Source: an uncultured bacterium (GTDB taxonomy: Bacteria > Verrucomicrobiota > Verrucomicrobiia > Verrucomicrobiales > DEV007). Taken from it: a DNA stretch of 64,000 nucleotides. Shown here one piece after another: positions 29,528 through 39,092 of the stretch. Below the pieces are notes generated by a model. The model worked only from the letters and a program-made list of their open reading frames with translations, ran no database searches and had not been told where the DNA came from. Location: positions 96,773 through 160,772 of the forward strand of contig CAXBMO010000015.1 in NCBI GenBank assembly GCA_963977015.1, given 5' to 3'. Positions within the stretch are counted from its first letter, which is position 1. Each line of letters starts with the position of its first letter. Both the position numbers and the translations under genes were made by a program.

Positions 29528-31132
29528 ATGAAAACCGCCTCCGCCTACTCGTTCCTCTTCCTGTTGATCCTGTTCACCGGAGGCGTCGCCCGGCTTGAGG
29601 CGGGCGATCTGGTTCGTCCGGACGGCCGCATTGTATTCATCGGGGACAGCATTACGGGGCAGGGCGGTCGCGGAACGAACGGATGGATGGCGTTGATCGG
29701 CCGGGCATTGCAGGAGACGAATCCGGCGAATCAGCAGACGCTGGTGCCCCTGGGTGGAAGCGGGCACCGGGTGGGTTCGTGGGCAAACGTGGAACGGAAG
29801 AGCCGGGAAGCGGATGTCTTTCTGGATATCAAGGAGTTCAACGTGCGCGAAGAACTGGACCAACCCGCCGGAATCGTGGTGATCATGTTGGGAATGAATG
29901 ATGTCTTGTCAGCCGGGTTGGCAGACACAGACGAAGGCTTGGAAAATTGGAAGGAGGCTTATCGCGGCCTGATCCAGGCGGTGCGCAAACGGGCCACGCC
30001 CCGGGTGCTGGCGTTGGCCACACCGACTCCCTGCACGGAGGATCCCGCGTCTCCCAAGAACCGGGTCATGGACCGGATGGTGGAAAAAATGACGATCCTG
30101 GCAGGGGAAGAGAACTGCCTCCTGCTTCCGACCCGCGCAGTGGCCTGGGAAATCCTGGATGCGGGGCGTGGGCGGAACTCGAACTTTCACATCACCAGCG
30201 ATCAGGTGCATCCCAACAGAGCCGGACACGCCATGATTGCCGCGGGAATGCTACGGGGACTCGGCGAGAAAGCGGCGTCCGATTGGGCACGGCAACTGGC
30301 CATTCCCTCGAATCCGGAGTCCCTCACCGCGACATTTACGCCGCTGGTTGGGGAGAACCCGGCTGAGCCGGCACGTTACCAGGTGACGGTGTCTCATCCC
30401 GAGGATGGCCAGGTTTCGTTGGAGCTTCCGGAAGGCTGGAAATCGATCAGCCGCGAAACAGGCGACGGTGAATCGGCTTACGTCATTGAGGAGGCTGAGG
30501 ACGGCGGGCCGGCGCAACGAAGGCTGGTGGTTCGCCAGGGCGAGGCGAGTTGCGCGCTGCAAATCCCGGCCCCGTGGCTTGTCGGGTTCGGCAACGCGGG
30601 TGCTCAGGGTTGGAAGGGAGGGAAGTTCGAGGTGGAAACCGGTCGGCTCCCCAGCGACGAGTTCGTGAGAACAGGATCTGGAATCCGGGAGGCGATCGTG
30701 GCGGGGATGGAGCTGAGTTCCGGGGCGCCAGTGGCCTGGCAGCGGTTCACGGGGAATCTCAACTACGGCGGAGGCGGTGCTCCGGAGGTGGTCGATTTTG
30801 CGGCCCTGACCTATTTCCGCTCCGGGCACACCGGATACGGAATGCGTTGGATTCACAGTCCCGCAGAGCAGCCGGTGCTGGTTCGCGTTTCGAGACCCGG
30901 GTTTGCCGGTGTGACTCACGCGGAGGTCTGGCTGAACGGTGCAACCGTCTACAGCGGTCCGCCGGAGAAGGCCAACAAGCAGGATTTCCCGGCTACGTTG
31001 CAGAGCGGCTGGAATCTGGTCTCGTTCAAAAGCAACTTCCTCCAGTGGCAATGGCAGTTGTCGGTCGGCGTGGTTGGTGCCGATGGGGAGGAACTGGACG
31101 GGCTGCGTTACGCGATTCTGCCGGCGCGGTAG
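29528..31132 (+). CDS. Secreted SGNH/GDSL hydrolase with C-terminal beta domain
   Basis: Signal peptide, FIGDSIT, MLGMND, DQVHPN. Confidence 0.85.
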   Translation: MKTASAYSFLFLLILFTGGVARLEAGDLVRPDGRIVFIGDSITGQGGRGTNGWMALIGRALQETNPANQQTLVPLGGSGHRVGSWANVERKSREADVFLDIKEFNVREELDQPAGIVVIMLGMNDVLSAGLADTDEGLENWKEAYRGLIQAVRKRATPRVLALATPTPCTEDPASPKNRVMDRMVEKMTILAGEENCLLLPTRAVAWEILDAGRGRNSNFHITSDQVHPNRAGHAMIAAGMLRGLGEKAASDWARQLAIPSNPESLTATFTPLVGENPAEPARYQVTVSHPEDGQVSLELPEGWKSISRETGDGESAYVIEEAEDGGPAQRRLVVRQGEASCALQIPAPWLVGFGNAGAQGWKGGKFEVETGRLPSDEFVRTGSGIREAIVAGMELSSGAPVAWQRFTGNLNYGGGGAPEVVDFAALTYFRSGHTGYGMRWIHSPAEQPVLVRVSRPGFAGVTHAEVWLNGATVYSGPPEKANKQDFPATLQSGWNLVSFKSNFLQWQWQLSVGVVGADGEELDGLRYAILPAR

Positions 31133-31177
31133 GATATCGTCGCAGAATTCGACGCAGTTTAAGGAACGATCGAACGA

Positions 31178-31213
31178 AAAATCCCGACCCCAACGAATTG
31201 GGATCGGGATTTT
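31178..31213. terminator. Bidirectional terminator between convergent genes
   Basis: AAAATCCCGACCCCAA-CGAA-TTGGGATCGGGATTTT. Confidence 0.75.
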
Positions 31214-31241
31214 CACGTGTCTTGAATGTTGAGCCTCGATG

Positions 31242-32300
31242 CTAACCAGCAAACTTGGCCACATCGGCAGCGGCACTCATCTCCAAGGCTTGAAGGTTTT
31301 TCCGGAGTTGCCGGAAGCTGATGAGCTTCTTGGAGTTCTTGTCCCAGAGGCGATAGGTGAGGGTTTTGAGACTGGCCCACATGGTGAGAGGCTCGACCTC
31401 CTTGAACATGGTGTGGGAATGGTGGCAGCGCTCCAGATTGTAGTTTGGAATCCGTGAGCTGAGGTGGTGAATGTGATGGAAGCCAATATTGCCACTGAAC
31501 CATTGCAGGACCTTGGGCAACTTGTAGTAGGAGCTTCCCTTCATCGCCGCATCGAAGTGGTTCCATTCGTCGCCGTTCTCCCAGTAGGCGTCTTCGAACT
31601 GGTGTTGAACATAGAACAGCCACACACCCGTTGTTCCAGCCACGGCCAGAATCGTCAGCTGGATGATCAACCAGGGCAGAAATCCGAATACCCAGCTCAA
31701 GCCGAAAGACATCGCCACCAAGGCGAGGCTGGTGATCCAGACGGAGGCCTTGGCGCGACCTTTGGCCCGTGCGAGCGGGATGCGGTGCTGGACCAGAAAG
31801 AGGTAGAGCGGCGCAATGACGAACAGGACAAACGGGTTGCGGGCCAAGCGGTAGGCAAACCGCTTCCAGGGTGATGACTTGAGGTACTCCTCAACGGTCA
31901 TGGTCCAGATGTCGCCGACGCCGCGTCGTTCGAGGTGTCCGGTGGTGGCGTGATGCACGCTGTGCTCCCACTTCCAATGGTGATAGGGCGTGAAGCTGAG
32001 CACACCGGTAATGCAGCCCCAGAATTCATTGGCTCGGCTGGATTTGAAGAACGAGCCGTGACCGCAGTCGTGGAAAATAATGAAGGTTCGAATGATCAAT
32101 CCGCCGGCCAGAACTGCGAGTGGAATGGTGAGCCACCAGGAAACGGAAACGGTGAAATACATGAGGACCCAGAGTGCGACATAGGGAACGAGTGTGTTCA
32201 GGAGTTGCCAACTGGCCCGCCAGGCGTCCGGTTTTTGATATTGGGCCACAATGGCCTTCCAATTGGGATTGGGATGATGGTTGGATTCTTGAGTTGTCAT
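31242..32300 (-). CDS. des: Acyl-lipid fatty acid desaturase (B. subtilis Des-like)
   Basis: His boxes HDCGH, HSVHH, YVQHQF, FHHIHH. Confidence 0.92.
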   Translation of the reverse strand: MTTQESNHHPNPNWKAIVAQYQKPDAWRASWQLLNTLVPYVALWVLMYFTVSVSWWLTIPLAVLAGGLIIRTFIIFHDCGHGSFFKSSRANEFWGCITGVLSFTPYHHWKWEHSVHHATTGHLERRGVGDIWTMTVEEYLKSSPWKRFAYRLARNPFVLFVIAPLYLFLVQHRIPLARAKGRAKASVWITSLALVAMSFGLSWVFGFLPWLIIQLTILAVAGTTGVWLFYVQHQFEDAYWENGDEWNHFDAAMKGSSYYKLPKVLQWFSGNIGFHHIHHLSSRIPNYNLERCHHSHTMFKEVEPLTMWASLKTLTYRLWDKNSKKLISFRQLRKNLQALEMSAAADVAKFAG

Positions 32301-32341
32301 TGGAGATTGCTTTCTTTTTGGAATGAAATTGATGGGTTTGG

Positions 32342-33037
32342 TTAGGGAGCGACAAATTTGTAGCCAAGGCGGGGCATGGTTTTGATCAGCGCTCGGGTGC
32401 CGAGCTTTTTGCGAAGGCTGGTGACGAAGTTGTCGACCGTTCTCTCTGTGCCTTCGTAACTCCAGCCCCAGACCCGTTGCAGGATGGTTCCCCTGGAAAA
32501 GACCTGCCCCGGTGAATTGGCGAGGAGGCAGAGGATTTCGAATTCTTTTGCCGAGAGATCGATGTTGTTGTTCTCGACCGTAACCTGTCGGGTCGATTGG
32601 CGAATCACGACGTCGCCAAATTGGAGGTCAGGCAGGGCAGCCTGTTCCGCCTGTTGCCTTCGCAACATGACTTCGATCCGGGCGAGCAGTTCCGGAAGGT
32701 CGAACGGTTTGGTCAGGTAATCGTCGGCACCGAGCTTCAGTCCTTCGACCTTGTTGAGGGTCGTGTCCCGCGCCGAGAGGATCAAGACCGGGACGCGTTC
32801 GCCCTGTTCCCGAAGTTCCTCGAGAATGTCCAGCCCCGTGAGGCCGGGCATCATGATGTCGAGCACGATTAAATCGGGGCGGTCGTCGAACGCCATGCGC
32901 ACGCCTTCGTTTCCGTCGGAAGCCGTGAGGACTTTGTAACCTTCCATGCGCAGGTTCAACGCCAGTCCATCCCGGAGCGACCGGTCATCTTCCACGATGA
33001 GAATGGTTCCACTTGGTTGGTATTCCTGGTTGCTCAT
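32342..33037 (-). CDS. OmpR-family response regulator
   Basis: IVEDD, LDIMMP, ADDYLTKPF; wHTH with VWG...ERTVDNF..LRKK, GYKF. Confidence 0.95.
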   Translation of the reverse strand: MSNQEYQPSGTILIVEDDRSLRDGLALNLRMEGYKVLTASDGNEGVRMAFDDRPDLIVLDIMMPGLTGLDILEELREQGERVPVLILSARDTTLNKVEGLKLGADDYLTKPFDLPELLARIEVMLRRQQAEQAALPDLQFGDVVIRQSTRQVTVENNNIDLSAKEFEILCLLANSPGQVFSRGTILQRVWGWSYEGTERTVDNFVTSLRKKLGTRALIKTMPRLGYKFVAP

Positions 33038-33996
33038 TTCGTCTGTTCGGCGGCTGGCAGGTGAATCGAAAAGGTGGTCCCTTTGCCCACTTCGCTTTCG
33101 ACGGTGATGGTACCCTTGTGTCTGCTGACCAGATTGTGGGCAATGGCCAGCCCCAAACCTGTTCCGCTGGCTCCTTCGCGGTGTTCGTCTTTCGCGCGGT
33201 AAAATGGCTGGAAAATCCGCCGCTGATCCTGGGCGGAAATCCCGATTCCATTGTCCGTTACCTCGATGATCACCTCGTCCTCAAGATCTCGAACCGACAC
33301 CCGGATTTCCTTTTCCTTACCCGTGTACTTGTAGGCGTTCGTGATCAGGTTGAGAACGACGGTATGCAGGGCGTGCTCGTCGTGTTCCACGTTGGTGTGG
33401 CTTTCCGTTTCGCTGGTGAGGGTGACTTCTCCAGGAGCGATCATCCCGCGAAAACGCTCGAGAGCCTTGTCCACCACGCAGGTTACCGGGCGGCATTCCA
33501 AATTCAGCGGCATCATCCCTTTCGACGACGCCCGCCAGGTCAGCACCCGGTCGACCATGACGTCCAGCCATTCGGTTTCGCGCAAAATCGTTGCCAGGCA
33601 GTTCGCGGTTTGCTCGGGGTCGTCGGCGAGTTTGCCGGATTGAAGGGTTTGGGCGTAGAGGCGGATGGCGCTGAGTGGCGTCCGGAATTCGTGTGAGACA
33701 TTGGCGACAAAATCGGCCTGAGACCGGGCCAACCGGGCTTTGTGTCCCGTCAATACCAGGGCGACAAGCGCGCTTCCGATGGTCGCGACCGCAAACGAGA
33801 TCACCAGCACACCCGTGACGATTCCACCGGTGTCCTTGGCGAGGACCAGGGCCACGATTCCGACCGCCGTGGACAGCAACACTGGCAACAGTACGCCGAC
33901 GGCAAGAGTCACCATGACTCCGGTCAAATTCAGGTTGAGGTGAAATCGTCTCACAGGGTTCGGTTTTTGCTGCGAAGGAGGGGTGTCAGTCCGCAT
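33034..33996 (-). CDS. Two-TM (intramembrane-sensing) histidine kinase
   Basis: Two TM helices with a loop of about 5 aa; SHEFRTPL, NAYKY, DNGIG, GTGLGL; ATGA-coupled to the RR. Confidence 0.9.
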   Translation of the reverse strand: MRTDTPPSQQKPNPVRRFHLNLNLTGVMVTLAVGVLLPVLLSTAVGIVALVLAKDTGGIVTGVLVISFAVATIGSALVALVLTGHKARLARSQADFVANVSHEFRTPLSAIRLYAQTLQSGKLADDPEQTANCLATILRETEWLDVMVDRVLTWRASSKGMMPLNLECRPVTCVVDKALERFRGMIAPGEVTLTSETESHTNVEHDEHALHTVVLNLITNAYKYTGKEKEIRVSVRDLEDEVIIEVTDNGIGISAQDQRRIFQPFYRAKDEHREGASGTGLGLAIAHNLVSRHKGTITVESEVGKGTTFSIHLPAAEQTK

Positions 33997-34382
33997 CGTT
34001 CGGGACCGGTTTGCAGCTCCGTTAGGAGTCCGGAAACTTGGGATTGGGAGGTAGGAATGTTCATGAGTTGCTACCTTTTCGGTCTTGAGTTCAGCGAAAG
34101 GTTGCAAATCGATGTCATGGATTTGTCACAAGCCGGATCTTTTTTTAAAGAAAAAGCCAGGTTCCTGCAGTTCTCCCAATACACGGTTGCCCTGTCATAC
34201 CTCAGATGACAGGGAATCCGCTCCAATTCATTTTGCCCAAAGTTGCCCCTCGCCGAACGATGAAATGGGGCACGCTATCGCCCCATTTCCCTATCCGGCT
34301 CAACCTCGCCTCCCAAGGCAAACCGGCCGCCCCCCTCCAGTGCAGCCTCGGCGAGGGGGGCGGGGAGTCAGTCTATGGTCTG

Positions 34383-34862
34383 TTACGATTGCGACGAAGT
34401 TTGCTTCATCTCGCTTACCTGAATTTCATCGCAAGCCGCCTGCAGGTTGCGGTAGGACGCAATGAACCCGAGGCGCAGATAATCCCACGAATCGGCGCTT
34501 GCCACCTTCAATTCGTCGAGCTTCCTCCGCGCATCCTGGAGTTGGCTTTGCGCTTTGGCGCGCAGGAGACGGGTTTCGTCCCGGACTCGCTCGGTTGAGT
34601 CTTCGGCGCCTTCGCGCAATTCGTCAAATTTCAGCTTGGCAGCCTGCAGGGCGTCCCTCGCCGCTTCCTCAAATTGCTGCTTCTTCTCGAAGGATACAGC
34701 TTGAACCTCCTCCATTTTTTCCTCCGCCTCTTGTCGGGCTCGATCCTTCTGCAGTTGAAGTGCATCGACGGCATCGTGCGCCTTTTCTTTGATGAAGTCG
34801 CCGGTTGTTTCCGCGGCATCCTTGATCTTATCCGTTACGTCCGTCAGGTTGGTATTTGTCAT
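34383..34862 (-). CDS. LEA/YtxH-like helical stress protein
   Basis: A/K/E/D-rich amphipathic helices; sigma54 promoter upstream. Confidence 0.65.
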   Translation of the reverse strand: MTNTNLTDVTDKIKDAAETTGDFIKEKAHDAVDALQLQKDRARQEAEEKMEEVQAVSFEKKQQFEEAARDALQAAKLKFDELREGAEDSTERVRDETRLLRAKAQSQLQDARRKLDELKVASADSWDYLRLGFIASYRNLQAACDEIQVSEMKQTSSQS

Positions 34863-34895
34863 GATGATTGAGAGTTGAGTTTCAACTGTTTGTGG

Positions 34896-34911
34896 CGCAG
34901 TAGCTGTGCCG
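34896..34911 (-). promoter_or_regulatory. sigma54 -24/-12 promoter (LEA-like gene)
   Basis: CGGCACAGCTACTGC (GG-N10-GC). Confidence 0.7.
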
Positions 34912-35043
34912 CTGAATTGTGGGGTTCCACAACTCGTTTATAATCAGCGGGTTGGCGAAGTGATCCCATTTCCCTGAAATGCAGAAGTCTTGCAGGGTGC
35001 CCTGAGTGATTCCGGCGAAGCTTGCAAATCGCAATGCGGTACA

Positions 35044-35997
35044 TCAACTCTTCCCGATCTCTTCAGGAAGCGGCCCCTTAAATGTTAACGTGCGATATGG
35101 GAAAGGAATTTCGATCCCGGCATCGTCGAGCGCTTTCTTGATGGCGGTGACGACTTCGCCGCAGGAACGCCGCCCCTCGCGCGGACTGCTGTCGGTCCAC
35201 CACGACACGTCGATGTCGATGCTGCTGCTGCCGAAAGCTTCGGGGAACACGTCGATTGGCTGCGAGCCGTCGACCGTTTCGCAACTTGCAACCGCTTTTT
35301 CGATGATGGGGAGGGCTTCGCTGACGTTCTCGTCATAGCCGATTCCGGTGGTGAGATGGATGCGCCGCTTCGGTTTCGATGTCACCACCTCAACGGCATT
35401 CTTGAAAAGGGATGCGTTGGGGATGACCACCAATTCGCCGGTCGATCGCCGGATGATCGTGTTGCGGATCTCCACTTTTTCAACCCGGCCATCCACGTCG
35501 CCACATTTGATAAAGTCGCCGTCCTCGAAGGCAAAACGCCATAAGAGGAGAATCCCGGCAAAGAAGTTCTCGAAGATGTCCTTGAACGCAAAACCAATGG
35601 CGACGGAGAGCAGGCCCAATCCCCCCAACGCCTTGGCCGGGGTGAGCCCGGGAAAGATGATCATGGCCGTTAGCATCAAACCCACGAGCCAGACGACGAT
35701 GACGATGAACCGCTGGAACAATTGCTTGAGCGACTTGCGCATTCGCTTGCGCCCTCGCAAGCTGCGTTGCGCGATGGATCCTGCGATTCCGGCAGCGAGC
35801 CAGGTAAATAACAGGGCAACAAGGCCGGCAACCAAAAAGGGAATATGGCCCACGAAATCAACCCAAACGCCGCCCAGGGTCTCAAGAAGGGTTTCTTTGA
35901 TTTCGTCCAGTGAGTCCGGCAAGGCTTCCGAACCTGATTCTTCCTCAGAGGGTTGAGAGCCTTGCGCAAGAAGGGTGGGAGAGAACGCAGCAATCAT
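35044..35997 (-). CDS. mscS: Small-conductance mechanosensitive channel
   Basis: AIGFAFKDIFENFFAGI, GD.I, VVIPNA, AGIEIPFP. Start placed downstream of the sigma54 promoter. Confidence 0.9.
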   Translation of the reverse strand: MIAAFSPTLLAQGSQPSEEESGSEALPDSLDEIKETLLETLGGVWVDFVGHIPFLVAGLVALLFTWLAAGIAGSIAQRSLRGRKRMRKSLKQLFQRFIVIVVWLVGLMLTAMIIFPGLTPAKALGGLGLLSVAIGFAFKDIFENFFAGILLLWRFAFEDGDFIKCGDVDGRVEKVEIRNTIIRRSTGELVVIPNASLFKNAVEVVTSKPKRRIHLTTGIGYDENVSEALPIIEKAVASCETVDGSQPIDVFPEAFGSSSIDIDVSWWTDSSPREGRRSCGEVVTAIKKALDDAGIEIPFPYRTLTFKGPLPEEIGKS

Positions 35998-36011
35998 ATC
36001 ATTCACGGTCA

Positions 36012-36027
36012 TGCAAAAGCTGTGCCA
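36012..36027 (-). promoter_or_regulatory. sigma54 promoter (mscS)
   Basis: TGGCACAGCTTTTGCA, a near-perfect consensus. Confidence 0.85.
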
Positions 36028-36147
36028 ATGGCCTGCAGGGGAAAATGCACCAGTGTGAGGGGTGGAAGCCTTGCGCATTGCAAGCTCTCGGGCCTTGCAT
36101 TCGTGCGGATTGCAAGCGTTGCCTGACATCGGCCGGGAGTTTCCGGG

Positions 36148-36163
36148 TGGCATAAGTACCGCT
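36148..36163 (+). promoter_or_regulatory. sigma54 promoter (baeRF gene)
   Basis: TGGCATAAGTACCGCT. Confidence 0.65.
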
Positions 36164-36177
36164 CTTTAAGGTTGATT

Positions 36178-37308
36178 ATGACTACAGCTATCAACCAACG
36201 GTCTGCGGTACGGGTTCACGATCTCATCGAGGTTCTGGATGCCCTTCTCGAAGAGAATCAAAACCCGGGAAACCGCCTCACGATCTATTTGCCTTCGGCA
36301 GAGCCGGATCAACTTTCCAGTCTGCTGTCGTCGGCACGGAAAACGGCGAGGGAATCCGTTCACCACGCCCAAAACGCCAACGCAAAGGCAAGTGACGCGA
36401 TCATGCAGCAAGTCAATGCCGTGTTCGAAGACGAGGACGATTTCGTTCCCTATCACTGCGCCGCAGTCTTCATCGAACCCGAACAAACCCGGGTGTTTCG
36501 GCTCGGGGCGAACTTCTCCCCTGCGTCGTTCTACTCTCACCGGTGGCATCTGACGCCGATGATGGATTTGGCGGCAAATGTTCATGCTTTCAACGTGTTG
36601 TTGTTGAGCCAGAATGCGGTGCGCCTGTTTCGCGGTTCGCGGCTGGGAATACGCGACATTTCGACCCCGAAGATGCCCAAGTCGTTCGACGAATCCAAAG
36701 TCGCGTCTCTCAGGGCAGGTGGTGATGATCCCAAAGCGGAACGGCAAAGCTCGCCGGACAAGGAACTGATGGCGCGCTTCTTCCAGGAAATTGACCGCGA
36801 GGTCGTTGCGGCCACTGCCGGGCTGCAAGGTCCGCTCATCCTGGCGGGCGCTGCCTTTTACCTTCCAATTTATGAGGAAATCACCAAGCACCCGAAGTTC
36901 TCCGGAAAAATCCTCGAAGGAAACCACGAGCATAGTTCGCCGGTTCAACTGCAGGAGCTTGCGATGGAAGCCTTGCATCACGAATTGATTGAAAGCCGGA
37001 AAGCCCAGCTTTTGCATCTTCACCAGTTGGATGGCCAGGGTAAACTGGAGTCCAATCCAGATCACGCGCTCCTCGCGGCACACCAGGGCCGTATCAAATC
37101 TCTCGTCGTGCCTTCCGATGTCGTGCGCTGGGGACGGTTCGACTCACAGGGTGGGACGGTTGAAGAAACGGATCCCCACGATTTCCTGGGAAGCGATCTT
37201 CATCAGCTGACGGCGGAGTTCGCGCTACAGAATGGTGCGGAGCTGTTCTATCTCCGGCACTCCAAAATGCCTTCCAGCCACCCATTGGCCGCTGCATTGA
37301 GATACTAA
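36178..37308 (+). CDS. Bacterial archaeo-eukaryotic release factor-like protein (baeRF3/7 type)
   Basis: LTIYLP, VLLLSQNAVRLFRG, FFQEIDREV...PLILAG, AAHQGRI..L, GA...AAALRY C-terminus. Confidence 0.75.
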   Translation: MTTAINQRSAVRVHDLIEVLDALLEENQNPGNRLTIYLPSAEPDQLSSLLSSARKTARESVHHAQNANAKASDAIMQQVNAVFEDEDDFVPYHCAAVFIEPEQTRVFRLGANFSPASFYSHRWHLTPMMDLAANVHAFNVLLLSQNAVRLFRGSRLGIRDISTPKMPKSFDESKVASLRAGGDDPKAERQSSPDKELMARFFQEIDREVVAATAGLQGPLILAGAAFYLPIYEEITKHPKFSGKILEGNHEHSSPVQLQELAMEALHHELIESRKAQLLHLHQLDGQGKLESNPDHALLAAHQGRIKSLVVPSDVVRWGRFDSQGGTVEETDPHDFLGSDLHQLTAEFALQNGAELFYLRHSKMPSSHPLAAALRY

Positions 37309-37341
37309 CAACAAGAGAAACGACCAAACCCAAGACAAAAA

Positions 37342-37373
37342 GAAAACCGGGAAGTTGATACCTCCCGGTTTTC
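37342..37373. terminator. Bidirectional terminator
   Basis: GAAAACCGGGA...TCCCGGTTTTC between convergent genes. Confidence 0.75.
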
Positions 37374-37396
37374 CTGGGTCATGAGATCAATCGACT

Positions 37397-37582
37397 TCAC
37401 AGTTGATCGATCATCTTCTTAACTTCCTCCTTCGATTTTCCGAGCTTGCGTTGCAGTCGGCCGAAAAGCTCTTCTTCCTTACCTTCTACATAGTTCAGGT
37501 CGTCATCGGTCAGGTTGGCGAATTTTTGCTTCAGCTTTCCGCGAACGATGTTCCAATTGCCTTTAATTTGTTCTTTGGTCAT
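37397..37582 (-). CDS. csbD: CsbD/YjbJ general stress protein
   Basis: IKGNW...GKLKQKFANLTDDDL...EGKEEEL.GRLQ.KLGK. Confidence 0.93.
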   Translation of the reverse strand: MTKEQIKGNWNIVRGKLKQKFANLTDDDLNYVEGKEEELFGRLQRKLGKSKEEVKKMIDQL

Positions 37583-37615
37583 GGTCTTAAGATAGGTTGT
37601 TCGGAGGACTTAAAG

Positions 37616-37631
37616 GGCATGATTCATGCCA
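37616..37631 (-). promoter_or_regulatory. sigma54 promoter (csbD)
   Basis: TGGCATGAATCATGC. Confidence 0.8.
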
Positions 37632-37673
37632 GGCGATTCCTCCCTGAATTCTCGTGAGGGAGGGCGGAGAACA

Positions 37674-37708
37674 ATGCAATTCGCAAGCCTTCCCCATGCA
37701 ATTCGCAA
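37674..37708. promoter_or_regulatory. Paired enhancer (UAS) motif between divergent sigma54 promoters
   Basis: ATGCAATTCGCAA occurs twice, with starts 22 bp apart. Confidence 0.7.
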
Positions 37709-37750
37709 TTGCATCCACCAGGTTTCGCCAACGTGTCGGTGGTCGTGATC

Positions 37751-37766
37751 TGGCATGATTCATGCG
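37751..37766 (+). promoter_or_regulatory. sigma54 promoter (DUF1328)
   Basis: TGGCATGATTCATGC. Confidence 0.8.
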
Positions 37767-37799
37767 CTTTATGAAGCCGAACCTCTACTTTCTATTGCT

Positions 37800-37961
37800 A
37801 TGTTATATTGGACTCTGCTGTTTCTTCTCGTCGCGATGGTCTCCGGCGTTCTCGGCTTCGGAGGCGTTGCCGGTGCCGCAACGACCATTGCCAAAGTGTG
37901 TTTCGTCATCTTTCTCATTCTTTTTCTGATCAGCCTTATTGCTGGACGACGGAGCACGTAA
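37800..37961 (+). CDS. DUF1328 (YtjA) small membrane protein
   Basis: MLYW.L.FLLVA...[19 protein letters not shown]. Confidence 0.92.
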   Translation: MLYWTLLFLLVAMVSGVLGFGGVAGAATTIAKVCFVIFLILFLISLIAGRRST

Positions 37962-37978
37962 TTGGTCGTGGAAACGGT

Positions 37979-37994
37979 TGGCACAATCCCTGCA
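37979..37994 (+). promoter_or_regulatory. sigma54 promoter (yqaE-PRC)
   Basis: TGGCACAATCCCTGCA. Confidence 0.75.
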
Positions 37995-38010
37995 ATGGAA
38001 GAACCCAGTT

Positions 38011-38223
38011 ATGAAAGAAGAAACTAAAGATGTCTTACGTATCCTCCTGGCAATTATTCTCCCGCCGGTTGGCGTCTTCCTCCAGGTTGGCATCAGGTTG
38101 CATTTCTGGATCAACCTGATTCTGACGATTCTGGGATATATCCCGGGAATTATCCACGCGATCTACATCATCGTGACCCGAAAGCCCAAGTTGGCCGATT
38201 CACCGCTAAGTCGTTCCGTCTAA
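38011..38223 (+). CDS. YqaE/Pmp3 family membrane protein
   Basis: ILLAIILPPVGVFL..G....FWINLILTILGYIPGIIHA. Confidence 0.93.
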   Translation: MKEETKDVLRILLAIILPPVGVFLQVGIRLHFWINLILTILGYIPGIIHAIYIIVTRKPKLADSPLSRSV

Positions 38224-38254
38224 CAGAAGTCGATTCCGATTTCAAACAATTACC

Positions 38255-38998
38255 ATGTTTCGAACCACCAAATCAGTCATCGGCGATCCTGTTGATGCGA
38301 CGGACGGGCGTTGTGGGAGGTGCAGCGATTTGTTGTTTGACGATGATTCGCTCACCATCCGCTACGTTGTCGTCGATACCGGCGGCATTCTCACGAGGCA
38401 CGAAGTTCTGGTGAGCCCGTTCCTAGTGGGGGAACTGGAAACAGGTCAGATCAGCCAGCATATCCGGCTCAAGGCGACCAAGGATCAAATTGAAAAATCC
38501 CCGCCTATTTCCACAGATGCGCCGGTTTCACGGAAGGCCGAAGAAGCGCTGGCCAAGCACTTTGGTCATCCGCCCTACTGGACCCAGGGGCCATCAGTCG
38601 TCCCCGCGACCGGGGAGACCAAGATCGCCTCCGATCTGGCCGAGGCTCGCGAAACCCATCTCCGCTCCGCCAAAGAAGTGACCGGTTATGAAGTATGCTC
38701 TTCCGAAGAGGCCGAGCCCGAGCCTCTGGGAACGATATCCGATATCGTGTTCCAGACGAACAATTGGACCTTGCGCTACTTCGTCGTGAACACGGGATCG
38801 TGGTTCAATCGTAAACCGGTCATCGTATCGCCACGCTGGACCAAAACGATTCACTGGTCGAACCACACGGTCGTTTTGGACCAGATCACCAAGGAACATC
38901 TCAAGGGTGCTCCGCTTTTTGATCCACATTCAGGGATCAACCGGGATTACGAAGGCCGCCTTTTCGATTACTACGGCAAGCCCGTCTACTGGGAATAA
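38255..38998 (+). CDS. Tandem PRC-barrel domain protein
   Basis: Two repeats of G..V...G..D..F....RY.VV.TG....V.VSP; HLRSAKEVTGY; ends YYGKPVYW. Confidence 0.88.
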   Translation: MFRTTKSVIGDPVDATDGRCGRCSDLLFDDDSLTIRYVVVDTGGILTRHEVLVSPFLVGELETGQISQHIRLKATKDQIEKSPPISTDAPVSRKAEEALAKHFGHPPYWTQGPSVVPATGETKIASDLAEARETHLRSAKEVTGYEVCSSEEAEPEPLGTISDIVFQTNNWTLRYFVVNTGSWFNRKPVIVSPRWTKTIHWSNHTVVLDQITKEHLKGAPLFDPHSGINRDYEGRLFDYYGKPVYWE

Positions 38999-39016
38999 CA
39001 TTCGATCGGTCAGACG

Positions 39017-39050
39017 AAAATCGCCAGCCTGTGGGCAACAGGCTGGCGAT
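39017..39050 (-). terminator. Terminator hairpin between the PRC gene and sodC
   Basis: ATCGCCAGCCTGT-GGGCA-ACAGGCTGGCGAT, with an A run on the left (U tail for the minus strand). Confidence 0.7.
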
Positions 39051-39092
39051 CCTTGGTTTCCTATCGTGGTGCAGTGGGTCGGCCTTTCGGCC

